64,000 nt of DNA from Gemmatimonadales bacterium (lineage in GTDB: Bacteria > Gemmatimonadota > Gemmatimonadetes > Gemmatimonadales > GWC2-71-9), in assembly GCA_035699205.1 (NCBI GenBank), contig DASSBA010000153.1:4096-68095 (forward strand), written 5' to 3'. Shown here in pieces: positions 1-7,845 of this stretch. Position numbers and translations under genes: made by a program. The notes under the pieces were generated by a model. That model ran no database searches. It saw only the letters and a program-made list of their open reading frames with translations, and had not been told where the DNA came from. The stretch's first letter is position 1. Each line of letters opens with the position of its first letter.

Positions 1-1219
1 GTCAGCACCGCCACGATGTCGTTCACGGTGGCGCCGTCCTTCTTGCCGATCCCCACGTAGACGCGTGCGGTGGCCGGGATGTCGGGGATTGCGGCCGGGG
101 CCGTGGCGCCGGCCGCCGTGGTCCAGAGCTCGAACAGCGCGGCGGCCACGGTCGAGGGGTCGTGCCGCTCGAACAACGGTGCCAGGGTGAGGAGCGCCCG
201 CTCGGGTGCCCCGGTCTCGAGGGCGCGCACGATCGCGGCGCGACGGGCCGCGGCCACCGTGGTGGCCGCGTCCAGGGCGCCGGGGAGCCGGAGCGGGCGC
301 CGCGGCGAGGCGACGCGCTCGACGTAGCCTTGCGTGCCGGGGGGCACGAGCAGGACGACCTCTCCCGCGCCGGCGAGCTGCCGCAGGCGCGCGGCGTCGG
401 GCAGGTCGAACGCGATCACCACCTGGGCCTTCGGTGCGTCGCCGGTCACGACCACGCCTTCCGGTTCCCGGAGCGCCGCCGCGGCGCCGATGGCCTCGTG
501 CGAGCCCCGGTCCACCGTCCACACCGCCACCGAGCCCGGATCGAGCAACTCCATCAGGTCCGGCAGGGCGGCCACCCGGCGGCCCCAGGGCACGCTCACC
601 GTGCGCACCGGACCGACCGGCTCGCCGTCGAGCGCGTTCGCCCCCAGCATGAGCGCGCGGCGCGCGTACCGCTCCACCAGCGCGGCGCCCCGCTCCGGCA
701 GCGATGTCAGCACCACCCGCTGCGCTTCCTTGTCCAGATCCTGCATGACCGGACTCAGGCTCTCCTCCTCCTCCCATGCTTCCGGCCAGGCCAGCAGCAC
801 CCAGCTCAGCGCGTCCGCGCGAAGCGCCGAGCGGCGCTGGAGCGCCACTGCGGTTTCGGGCGTGGCGATGAGGAGATCGACCGCGTCGTCCCGAAGGCGC
901 CGGGTGGCGCGGGCGGTCCCATGCGCCGCCTGCACCCGGAGCCCCGCGTCACCCGTCAGCCGATGGACCACGCGCCCCCACTCGTCGAGCTGTCCGGCGG
1001 GCGCCAGCAGCAGGCCGCGCGCACCTCCCCCCAGCCGCCCCAGCAGGCCCGCGAGCGCGGGCGTCGCCGCCGCCGGCGATGGGGGCAGCACCAGCACGAG
1101 GTTGTGCCCTCGCGCCGCGGTCGGTGCCGCCTCCCGCAGCAGCGGGTCGTCGGCGTGCCAGCCGAGGCGCGCCAGCGCGGCGGCGATCGGCGGGGTCAGG
1201 TGCAGTTCTTCGAACGTCA
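1..1219 (-). CDS. DEAD-box helicase-like protein with DbpA-type C-terminal RNA-binding domain and degenerate catalytic motifs (C-terminus runs off the window)
   Basis: My own minus-strand translation from GTG at 1219-1217 gives VTFEELHLTPPIAAALARLGWHADDP. Further in come LLLAPAGQL, LIATPETA, VLLAWPEAW (where DEAD is expected) and VVLTSLPE (where SAT is expected). It ends at the window edge with YVGIGKKDGATVNDIVAVLT, which is DbpA RBD-like. It is absent from the ORF track because no stop lies inside the window. Confidence 0.6.
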
Positions 1220-1314
1220 CGGGGCCTCATGGGAGAGCGGAACGGCCCCGCCAACCTAAGAGGGCACGACCCGGGGGGCAACGCCGCTTGCACACGCACC
1301 GCTTGGCTCAGGAC

Positions 1315-1346
1315 GCGCCTGAGCGCCTGACCGCCTGACCGCCTGA
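1315..1346. repeat. Four tandem copies of an 8-nt unit (G/C)CGCCTGA in the divergent intergenic region
   Basis: Direct reading: gcgcctga gcgcctga ccgcctga ccgcctga, immediately upstream of the aminotransferase gene. Confidence 0.8.
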
Positions 1347-1430
1347 TCGGCCGCCCCGTTGACATCGCCCGGCCGGGACCTGAGCTTTCCCCGGAAATTC
1401 CGCACCGACCCTTTTGATCCGGACCAGTGC

Positions 1431-2642
1431 ATGCCCGACCCGCTCTCGACCAACGTGCACCAGCTCAAGGCATCCGAAACCGTCGCCATCAGCAATGAAG
1501 CCAAGCGGCGAAAGGCCGCGGGCGAGGACGTGCTCGATCTCGGCGTGGGGGAGCCGGACTTCGATACGCCGGCGCCCGCCGCGCAGGCCGGAATCCAGGC
1601 CATCCAGAAAGGACTGACTCGCTACCCGCCCAACGTGGGAATCCCGGAGCTGCGGAAGGCGATGGCGCAGAACCTGAGCCGGATGTCCGGCGGGCGCGCG
1701 GTCGATCCCGACCGGATCATCGTGAGCTCCGGCTCCAAGCAGTCGATCTTCAATGCCTGCTTCACGCTGTTCGGCCCCAAGGATCGCGTGCTGATTCCGG
1801 CGCCCGCCTGGGTGTCGTATCCGCAGATCGTGCATCTCGCCCGTGCCGAGCCGGTGCTGGTGCCCGGCGATCTCGAGTGGGGCCTCAAGGTGAGCGCGCG
1901 CGATCTGGACCGGGCCAGCAACAAGCTGACCCGCGGCCTGATCCTCTGCTCGCCGTGCAATCCGACGGGCGCGGTGTACACCCTCGCCGAGCTGCGGTCG
2001 ATCGCCGAATGGGCCAGGGCCAACGACGTCTGGATCATCTCGGACGAGATCTACCGCCGGATCAATTACGGCCCCGGCCCCGCCCCCTCGCTGCTCGACC
2101 TGCCGGACGAGCTGCTCGAGCGCACCGTGATCATCTACGGCGCCAGCAAGGCGTACGCGATGACCGGCTGGCGCATCGGCGCAGCGCTCGCGCCGGCCCA
2201 CCTGACCAAGGCCATGGCGGCGCTCCAGTCGCACACCACGACGGGGGCCAACCAGCCCGCCATGTGGGCGGCCGCCGCCGCGTTCACCGACGAGAAGGTG
2301 GACGCCGAGGTGAGCCGCATGGTCTCCGCCTTCCGCCGCCGGCGCGACACGCTGGTGGAGCGGTTCCGGCGCGAGGCGCCGGGCGTGGAATTCGTCGAGC
2401 CTCACGGGGCGTTCTACTTCTTCTTCCGCGTGGATGGGATCCGTGACAAGGACCCGGTGACGGGGACCGTTTTCTGCGAGCAGCTCATGAAGCAGGAAGG
2501 CGTGGCCCTCGTTCCGGGCGGCGCCTTTGGCGACGACCGCTGGGTGCGCCTGAGCTATGCCGTGTCGGATGCCGAACTGGAGCGGGCCCTGGATCGGATC
2601 GTCGGATTGATCCATCGGCTCGCGTCCGCCCGTGCCGCCTGA
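1431..2642 (+). CDS. Pyridoxal-phosphate-dependent class I aminotransferase (aspartate aminotransferase-like)
   Basis: ORF 1359..2642. It contains LDLGVGEPDFDTP, GIPELRKA, LCSPCNPTG and SKAYAMTGWRIG (the PLP-lysine motif SKxxxMTGWR). I prefer ATG 1431 (MPDPLSTNVHQLKASETVAISNEA) over the TTG at 1359. Confidence 0.9.
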   Translation: MPDPLSTNVHQLKASETVAISNEAKRRKAAGEDVLDLGVGEPDFDTPAPAAQAGIQAIQKGLTRYPPNVGIPELRKAMAQNLSRMSGGRAVDPDRIIVSSGSKQSIFNACFTLFGPKDRVLIPAPAWVSYPQIVHLARAEPVLVPGDLEWGLKVSARDLDRASNKLTRGLILCSPCNPTGAVYTLAELRSIAEWARANDVWIISDEIYRRINYGPGPAPSLLDLPDELLERTVIIYGASKAYAMTGWRIGAALAPAHLTKAMAALQSHTTTGANQPAMWAAAAAFTDEKVDAEVSRMVSAFRRRRDTLVERFRREAPGVEFVEPHGAFYFFFRVDGIRDKDPVTGTVFCEQLMKQEGVALVPGGAFGDDRWVRLSYAVSDAELERALDRIVGLIHRLASARAA

Positions 2643-3165
2643 GGCCAAGCACGTGAATGTCGAAGCGCGGGTCGAGCCGCTGACCGGGAGTCTGCCCTCG
2701 ATCGGCTGGCGGTGGGACCCGGAGACGGACATCCTCTCGGGCGCCTTCAAGGGCAACCGGAAGAGCGGTGGGCTCACCGGCACGGTCGAGCTGACCGACG
2801 CGGAGGGCTCCGTGGCGGTGCTGGACGTGAACAACGGCGTCATCTGCGGGCTGGACGTCGTGGTCTGGCCGGAAGTCACCACCGCCGCCGCCCTGCAGAT
2901 CCCCGCACAACTGACGGACGGCCGGGTCGTGTTGCCCTCGCGGCCATCCCGTCCAGGGGTGGCATCGGTAGAGGTGGACACGACGCTCTCGGTCGAGACC
3001 AACTCGGCCGAGAGCGTCTTCCATCTGCGGATCGGCGCCCGCCGGCCGGTCGAGGTGGTCCGGGTGGCGGACAACTTCTACGTGGAAGTGGATCAGCAGG
3101 GCGGGCTGGCGGGGTTCTGGCTTGCCAACGTGCCGCCGTTTACGGCGTTCGAGGATGAGATGTAG
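2632..3165 (+). CDS. Hypothetical protein
   Basis: 177-aa ORF with non-repetitive, balanced composition, 11-nt overlap with the aminotransferase stop and same strand. No motif recognised. Confidence 0.5.
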   Translation: MPPEAKHVNVEARVEPLTGSLPSIGWRWDPETDILSGAFKGNRKSGGLTGTVELTDAEGSVAVLDVNNGVICGLDVVVWPEVTTAAALQIPAQLTDGRVVLPSRPSRPGVASVEVDTTLSVETNSAESVFHLRIGARRPVEVVRVADNFYVEVDQQGGLAGFWLANVPPFTAFEDEM

Positions 3166-3348
3166 GGAGGCGGAAAGGCGGAAAGGCGGAAAGGCGGAAA
3201 GTTGGAAAGGCGGAAAGTTGGAAGCTTCCGGAAGCGCGTCGGCCAGGTCCCTCGGTCGCTAGCGCTCGCTCGGGATTAGGTGAGCTTCGGCTAGCCGCCT
3301 TTCCGCCTTTCCGCCTTTCCGCCTTTCCGCCTTTCCGCCTTTCCGGCT
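3166..3348. repeat. Inverted array of tandem octamers: (GGCGGAAA)n left arm and (TTTCCGCC)n right arm around a ~70-nt spacer, a possible bidirectional terminator or cruciform
   Basis: Left arm 3169-3224 has 4 perfect GGCGGAAA units plus GTTGGAAA, GGCGGAAA and GTTGGAAg. Right arm 3295-3347 has 5 perfect TTTCCGCC units plus TTTCCGGC. The structure fills the whole gap between convergent stops at 3165 and 3352. Confidence 0.85.
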
Positions 3349-3351
3349 CCC

Positions 3352-5121
3352 TCACGCCGCCCGCGGCGACTCCGGCTCCCCCAGAAATCCGAGCCGCTGC
3401 CGGTCCACCACCGACCCGTAGTACCCTCCCCGCGCACACAGCTCGTCATGCGAGCCCACTTCCACGATCCGCCCGCGGTCGATTACCACGATCCGATCGG
3501 CGTCGCGCACCGTGGACAGCCGATGCGCAACGACGAAGGCGGTGCGGCCCCGCAGCAGATGCCGCAGTGCGAGCTGGATCAGGTGCTCGGACTCGCCATC
3601 CAGCGCCGATGTGGCCTCGTCGAGCACCAGAATCGGCGGGTCCTTGAGCAGCGCGCGCGCGATCGCGATGCGCTGTCGCTGGCCCCCGGACAGACGGCTC
3701 CCGCGCTCGTGCACCACCGTGTCGTAGCCTTCGGGCAGCGCCTGGATGAACTCGTGCGCCTGCGCCGCGCGTGCGGCCGCCTCGATCTGTCCCGGGGTCG
3801 CGTCCGGCCGTCCGTAGGCGATGTTCGCCCGGACCGTGTCGTTGAACAGATGCGGATCCTGGAACACGACCCCGATCTGCCCGCGGAGCGACTGCTGGGT
3901 CATCGAACGGATGTCGATCCCGTCGATCAGGATGGTTCCAGCCGAGACCGGGTGCAGCCGCTGGAGCAGGGTGACCAGCGTGGACTTCCCGCTCCCGCTG
4001 GGACCGACCAGGGCCACGGTTTCGCCGGGGCGGACGGTCAGGTCGATGCCATGGAGCACCGGCGCCCCGGGGCGGTAGGCGAACTCGACCTCCCTGAACT
4101 GCACCTCCCCGCGGAGCGGGGAGACGTTCGCCGCGTCGGGGCCGTCGGCCACGGTATCTTCGGCGTCGAGAATGCCGTAGATCGTCTCCAGCGAAACCGT
4201 CGCCTTGCGCAGCGTCTGGTACGTGTTGGTGAGCCCCTGCACCGGGCCGAACAGCCCGCCGATGTAGCCCAGGAAGGCCACCAGCGTGCCCAGCCCCATC
4301 TGGCCCTGAAACGCCAGATACCCGCCGAGCGCCAGGGCGGCCAGCCGGGCGGAGGTGGCGGCCAGGCTCCGGAACGCGCCGTTCGCGCCGTCCGTGCGGA
4401 CGCCGCGCCGGACGACCTCATTGCCCTCTCGTACGCCGTCCAGGAACCGCCGCTTTTCGACGTCCTCCATGCCGAAGCCCTTCACGGTCATCATTCCGGC
4501 CAGCACCTCGTTGAGCCGCCCGTAAATCGAGCTCCACCGCTCGACCAGCCGGCGCTCCCGCATGATCTGCTCGGGCGCGGCGCGCGCCCCGATCAGGCCG
4601 GGGAGGGGAGTGAAGACGATCACCACCGAGGCCAGCCGCCAGTCGAGGCGGAACATCGCCCCGACGGACAGGCCGAGATACAGGATCGTCGGGAGGAGGT
4701 TGAACGCGAGATCGCTGCAGGCGGCGACGTAGCCGGTGATCCCCTGGTTGATCCGGTTGATGGTCCCGCCGACCCCCTCCCGCTCGTGAAAGGTCAGCGG
4801 CAGGGTATTGAGCTTGCCCACCACGCGCTCCCGCAGGGTGTACTCCACCCCGAGCCGCACGTCCCAGCTCCGGATCCCGAGCCACCACTGGAGCACGGCG
4901 CGCAACGCCTCGAGCCCGAGCAGGGCCGCGATCGCCATCGCGAAGCCGTGCGCCCCGCCCGCGCGGCCGAGCTGGTCGAAGAGGTACTTCATGACCAGCG
5001 GATCGAGCGCGCTCAGCGCGGAGAGGGTGAGGGCGAGCGTGAGCACGGTGCCGAGAGGCCGGCGGAAGGGCCGGACGAATTCGAGCGACCGGAGAGCCAG
5101 CGTGGCACGCAGCGATTGCAT
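3352..5121 (-). CDS. ABC exporter, fused permease/ATPase (MsbA-like)
   Basis: 589 aa with an N-terminal TM domain. Walker A GPSGSGKST, signature [15 protein letters not shown], Walker B ILVLDEATSALD, H-loop VVAHRLS. Confidence 0.92.
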   Translation of the reverse strand: MQSLRATLALRSLEFVRPFRRPLGTVLTLALTLSALSALDPLVMKYLFDQLGRAGGAHGFAMAIAALLGLEALRAVLQWWLGIRSWDVRLGVEYTLRERVVGKLNTLPLTFHEREGVGGTINRINQGITGYVAACSDLAFNLLPTILYLGLSVGAMFRLDWRLASVVIVFTPLPGLIGARAAPEQIMRERRLVERWSSIYGRLNEVLAGMMTVKGFGMEDVEKRRFLDGVREGNEVVRRGVRTDGANGAFRSLAATSARLAALALGGYLAFQGQMGLGTLVAFLGYIGGLFGPVQGLTNTYQTLRKATVSLETIYGILDAEDTVADGPDAANVSPLRGEVQFREVEFAYRPGAPVLHGIDLTVRPGETVALVGPSGSGKSTLVTLLQRLHPVSAGTILIDGIDIRSMTQQSLRGQIGVVFQDPHLFNDTVRANIAYGRPDATPGQIEAAARAAQAHEFIQALPEGYDTVVHERGSRLSGGQRQRIAIARALLKDPPILVLDEATSALDGESEHLIQLALRHLLRGRTAFVVAHRLSTVRDADRIVVIDRGRIVEVGSHDELCARGGYYGSVVDRQRLGFLGEPESPRAA

Positions 5122-5281
5122 CGGTGATCGTTGAGGGGTTGCCCGGGCGGTGGGGACGCGCCTCGGTGATCGGCGCTCGTTCCAGCAAGTTCAATGCCCG
5201 TAAGCGTATCCGGTACCGGCCCGCACCCCGCCGCCGATCCGCCTCAAGCGGCAAGACGGGCCGCATCCTGCACGGGGCGAT

Positions 5282-5896
5282 TCAGCCCCGCCAGGGCGGC
5301 CTTCCCACCGTCCAGTTCACCGCAAGAACGCGAGGCGCCGGCTCGGACAGGTAGGCGACGCTCACCGATGCCGGTGCCACGTCCAGTCGATGCACCCGGT
5401 GCAGGGGCAACCCCAGGCAGTGGAGCAGTACGCCGCGGATCACGTCCCCATGGCTCACCGCGGCCACGAGCCCGTCGGGATGCTCGCGCCGGAAGCGGAC
5501 CAGCTCCGCCATGGCCCGGGCCACGGCGTCGCTCATCAGCTCTCCACCGGGAATCCGCGTAGTGTCCCGGGCTTCGTTGAAGGCCCGCCACCCCGGCTCG
5601 GCCGCGAGCGAGTCGAGTGAGCGCCCGGTCCAGTCCCCGAAATCGAGCTCGTCCAGTCCCGGCGCGGCCACCACCGGAAGCGCCAGCCGTTCGGCCAGCG
5701 GGGCGGCGGTCTCCGACGCCCGCTCGAGCGGCGCGCTGTACACCGCCGCAACCGGCAGTCCACCGAGCGCTTCGGCCAGCGCTGCGGCCTCCGCCCGACC
5801 CTGCGCGTTCAGATGGACTCCCGGCGAGCGGCCGGCGATCCGGCGGCCCACGTGGTCGCACGTGGCATGTCGGACGAGCAGCACGGTGACGGTCAT
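5282..5896 (-). CDS. Histidine phosphatase family protein (phosphoglycerate mutase-like)
   Basis: MTVTVLLVRHA (RHG-type motif), YSAPLERASETA, AVSHGDVIR. Start taken at ATG 5896 inside ORF 5282..5926. Confidence 0.85.
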   Translation of the reverse strand: MTVTVLLVRHATCDHVGRRIAGRSPGVHLNAQGRAEAAALAEALGGLPVAAVYSAPLERASETAAPLAERLALPVVAAPGLDELDFGDWTGRSLDSLAAEPGWRAFNEARDTTRIPGGELMSDAVARAMAELVRFRREHPDGLVAAVSHGDVIRGVLLHCLGLPLHRVHRLDVAPASVSVAYLSEPAPRVLAVNWTVGRPPWRG

Positions 5897-5979
5897 GATT
5901 CCAGTCGGCCCGGTCACACCGCACACCCGCAGCGTGATGTGGCGCCTTCCTCTGGCACCGGCGAAAGTGAAGGTTGAAA

Positions 5980-5993
5980 AACGTAAGTACGTT
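5980..5993. promoter_or_regulatory. Palindrome AACGTA-AG-TACGTT in a relatively AT-rich divergent intergenic region (candidate operator)
   Basis: Read directly. It lies between the phosphatase start (5896, minus) and the CgeB-like start (6022, plus). Confidence 0.25.
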
Positions 5994-6021
5994 CGCCGTC
6001 AACCGCAGTCGCACGGTCGCG

Positions 6022-7098
6022 ATGAAGCTGGTCGTCTTCGGTCTTTCCGTCAGCTCCTCCTGGGGCAACGGACACGCTACGCTCTGGCGCGGTCTGATCA
6101 AGGCGCTCAACGCCCTCGGACATTCCGTCGTGTTCTTCGAGCGGGACGCGCCGTACTACGCCGCCCACCGGGACGTGGCCGAGTTGCCCGGCGGACGGCT
6201 GGTACTCTATCCGGAGTGGGATTCGGTCCTCCCGGTGGCGCGCGCCGAGCTTGCCGGGGCCGAGGTGGCCGTGGTCACCTCCTACTGCCCCGACGGGGTG
6301 GCGGCGGCGCGGGAGGTGATCGACGCGCCGGTGGAGCTGCGGGTGTTCTACGATCTCGACACCCCCGTTACCCTCGACCGCCTGCGCGCCGGTGCGACCG
6401 TACCCTACATCGGCCCGCGCGGGCTGGCGGACTTCGACCTGGTTCTGAGCTATACCGGTGGGACCGCGCTCGACGCGCTGCGCGACCTGCTCGGCGCCCG
6501 CCGGGTAGCGCCGCTCTACGGGAGCGTCGATCCGGACATCCATTACCCCGTGTCCCCGGTCGAGCGCTACCGCGCGGACCTCTCGTATCTGGGCACCTAC
6601 GCGGAAGACCGCCAGCAGGCACTGGTCACGCTCTTCGTGGAACCGGCGCGCCGGCTTCCCGCCCGCCGCTTCCTCATTGGCGGAGCCAAGTACCCGACGG
6701 AGTTCCCCTGGACCGACAACATCTACTTCGTCCGCCACCTTGCTCCCGCGGAGCACGCCGCGTTCTACTCGTCCTCGCGCCTGACGCTCAACGTCACCCG
6801 GGCGCCGATGGCGGGGATGGGATACTGCCCCTCCGGCCGGCTGTTCGAAGCCGCCGCGTGCGGCGCACCCATTCTGAGCGACGCCTGGCCCGGCCTCGAG
6901 AAGTTCTTCACTCCCGGCTCGGAGATCCTCGTCGCCGAGTCCAGTGACGCGAGCATCGAGGCCGCGGGCAGAGGTGACGCGGAGCTCGCCCGCCTCGGCG
7001 GCGCGGCCCGGGAGCGTGCGCTGGCCGACCACACGGCGTTCCGGCGTGCCGGCGAGCTGGTCGCGCTGCTCGAGGGCTCGGTCCGCGTGGGGACCTGA
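6022..7098 (+). CDS. CgeB-like GT-B glycosyltransferase, paralogue 1 (Glyco_trans_1_2-type C-terminus)
   Basis: MKLVVFGLSVSSSWGNGHATLWRGL at the N-terminus and RLFEAAACGAPILSDAWPGLEKFFTPGSEILVA near the C-terminus. It is collinear with three paralogues at 11821-15136. ATG 6022 is preferred over the TTG at 5974 by alignment to those paralogues. Confidence 0.8.
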   Translation: MKLVVFGLSVSSSWGNGHATLWRGLIKALNALGHSVVFFERDAPYYAAHRDVAELPGGRLVLYPEWDSVLPVARAELAGAEVAVVTSYCPDGVAAAREVIDAPVELRVFYDLDTPVTLDRLRAGATVPYIGPRGLADFDLVLSYTGGTALDALRDLLGARRVAPLYGSVDPDIHYPVSPVERYRADLSYLGTYAEDRQQALVTLFVEPARRLPARRFLIGGAKYPTEFPWTDNIYFVRHLAPAEHAAFYSSSRLTLNVTRAPMAGMGYCPSGRLFEAAACGAPILSDAWPGLEKFFTPGSEILVAESSDASIEAAGRGDAELARLGGAARERALADHTAFRRAGELVALLEGSVRVGT

Positions 7099-7101
7099 CC
7101 G

Positions 7102-7845
7102 GTGTGGGGCATCGTCCCGGCGGCCGGCGCCGGCACGCGGATACAGCCGCTCGCCTTCTCCAAGGAGCTCCTGCCGGTCGGCAGTTGGCAGGATGGTTCG
7201 TCCGAGCGGCCGCGGGCGGTGAGCGAGTATCTGGTGGAACGCATGATCCTGGCCGGCGCCGACCGGATCTGCTTCGTCATCGCGCCGGGCAAGTCGGACA
7301 TCCTGGAGTACTACGGCGCGCGGGGGCTCCCGGCGCGGGTCTGCTACACCGTTCAGCCCCGGCCGGCGGGGCTCTGCGACGCCATCTTCCAGGCCCTGCC
7401 GTTCATCGCGGCCGACGAGTTCGTGATCGTGGGACTGCCGGACACGATCTGGTTTCCCGAGGACGCCCTGCGCGCGCTCGGCGAGGATCCGCTCTCGTTC
7501 CTGCTGTTTCCGGTGGATGCGCCTGAGCGGTTCGATGCCGTGCTGACCGATGCCGCGGGGCGGGTGCGCGAGATCCGGGTGAAGCAGGCGGATCCGGGGT
7601 CGCACTGGATCTGGGGTGCGTTCAAGCTCTCGGGCCGGACGCTGCAGGCATTGCACGAGCTCTGGGAGTCGCGGGAGCGCCGGGACGAATATATCGGCAC
7701 GCTGGTGAACGCCTGGCTCGCCGGAGGCGGACAGGCGGTCGGCGTCCGGGCCGGGGAGACCTACGTCGACGTCGGAACGCTGCATGGCTACCGGGAGGCG
7801 ATCGGCGTGTTGAGCGCCCGCACTTCGGTCGAGGCGGCGCGATGA
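7102..7845 (+). CDS. Sugar-phosphate nucleotidyltransferase (NTP_transferase family)
   Basis: VPAAGAGTRIQPLAFSKELLPVG (GxGTRxxPxT-type motif), 247 aa, GTG start 4 nt after the upstream stop. Confidence 0.85.
   Translation: MWGIVPAAGAGTRIQPLAFSKELLPVGSWQDGSSERPRAVSEYLVERMILAGADRICFVIAPGKSDILEYYGARGLPARVCYTVQPRPAGLCDAIFQALPFIAADEFVIVGLPDTIWFPEDALRALGEDPLSFLLFPVDAPERFDAVLTDAAGRVREIRVKQADPGSHWIWGAFKLSGRTLQALHELWESRERRDEYIGTLVNAWLAGGGQAVGVRAGETYVDVGTLHGYREAIGVLSARTSVEAAR

Noticed and set aside
1359-1430. TTG start at 1359 for the aminotransferase.
   Set aside because: That TTG is part of a TTGACA hexamer in the promoter region. The ATG at 1431 gives an N-terminus that aligns with typical AspC-type proteins.
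3166-3348. Possible CRISPR array.
   Set aside because: The units are 8 nt, directly abutting with no spacers, and arranged as two inverted arms. No cas genes occur in the window.
3140-3439. 99-aa ORF encoding RRKGGKAERRKGGKA-type repeats.
   Set aside because: It is simply the translation of the octamer repeat arrays, and it overlaps the 3-prime end of the ABC transporter gene. I treat it as a non-coding structured repeat.
5914-7785. 623-aa minus-strand ORF, together with similar long ORFs in the track: 3448..5127(+), 21842..23986(+), 22921..24804(+), 31539..33761(-), 40119..43196(-), 50756..52717(-), 53933..56605(-) and 61436..63604(-).
   Set aside because: All lie antisense or out of frame to genes with clear conserved motifs. 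They are dominated by Arg/Pro/Gly/Ala/His runs and show no recognisable domains. This is the expected stop-codon-poor artefact of roughly 70% GC DNA.
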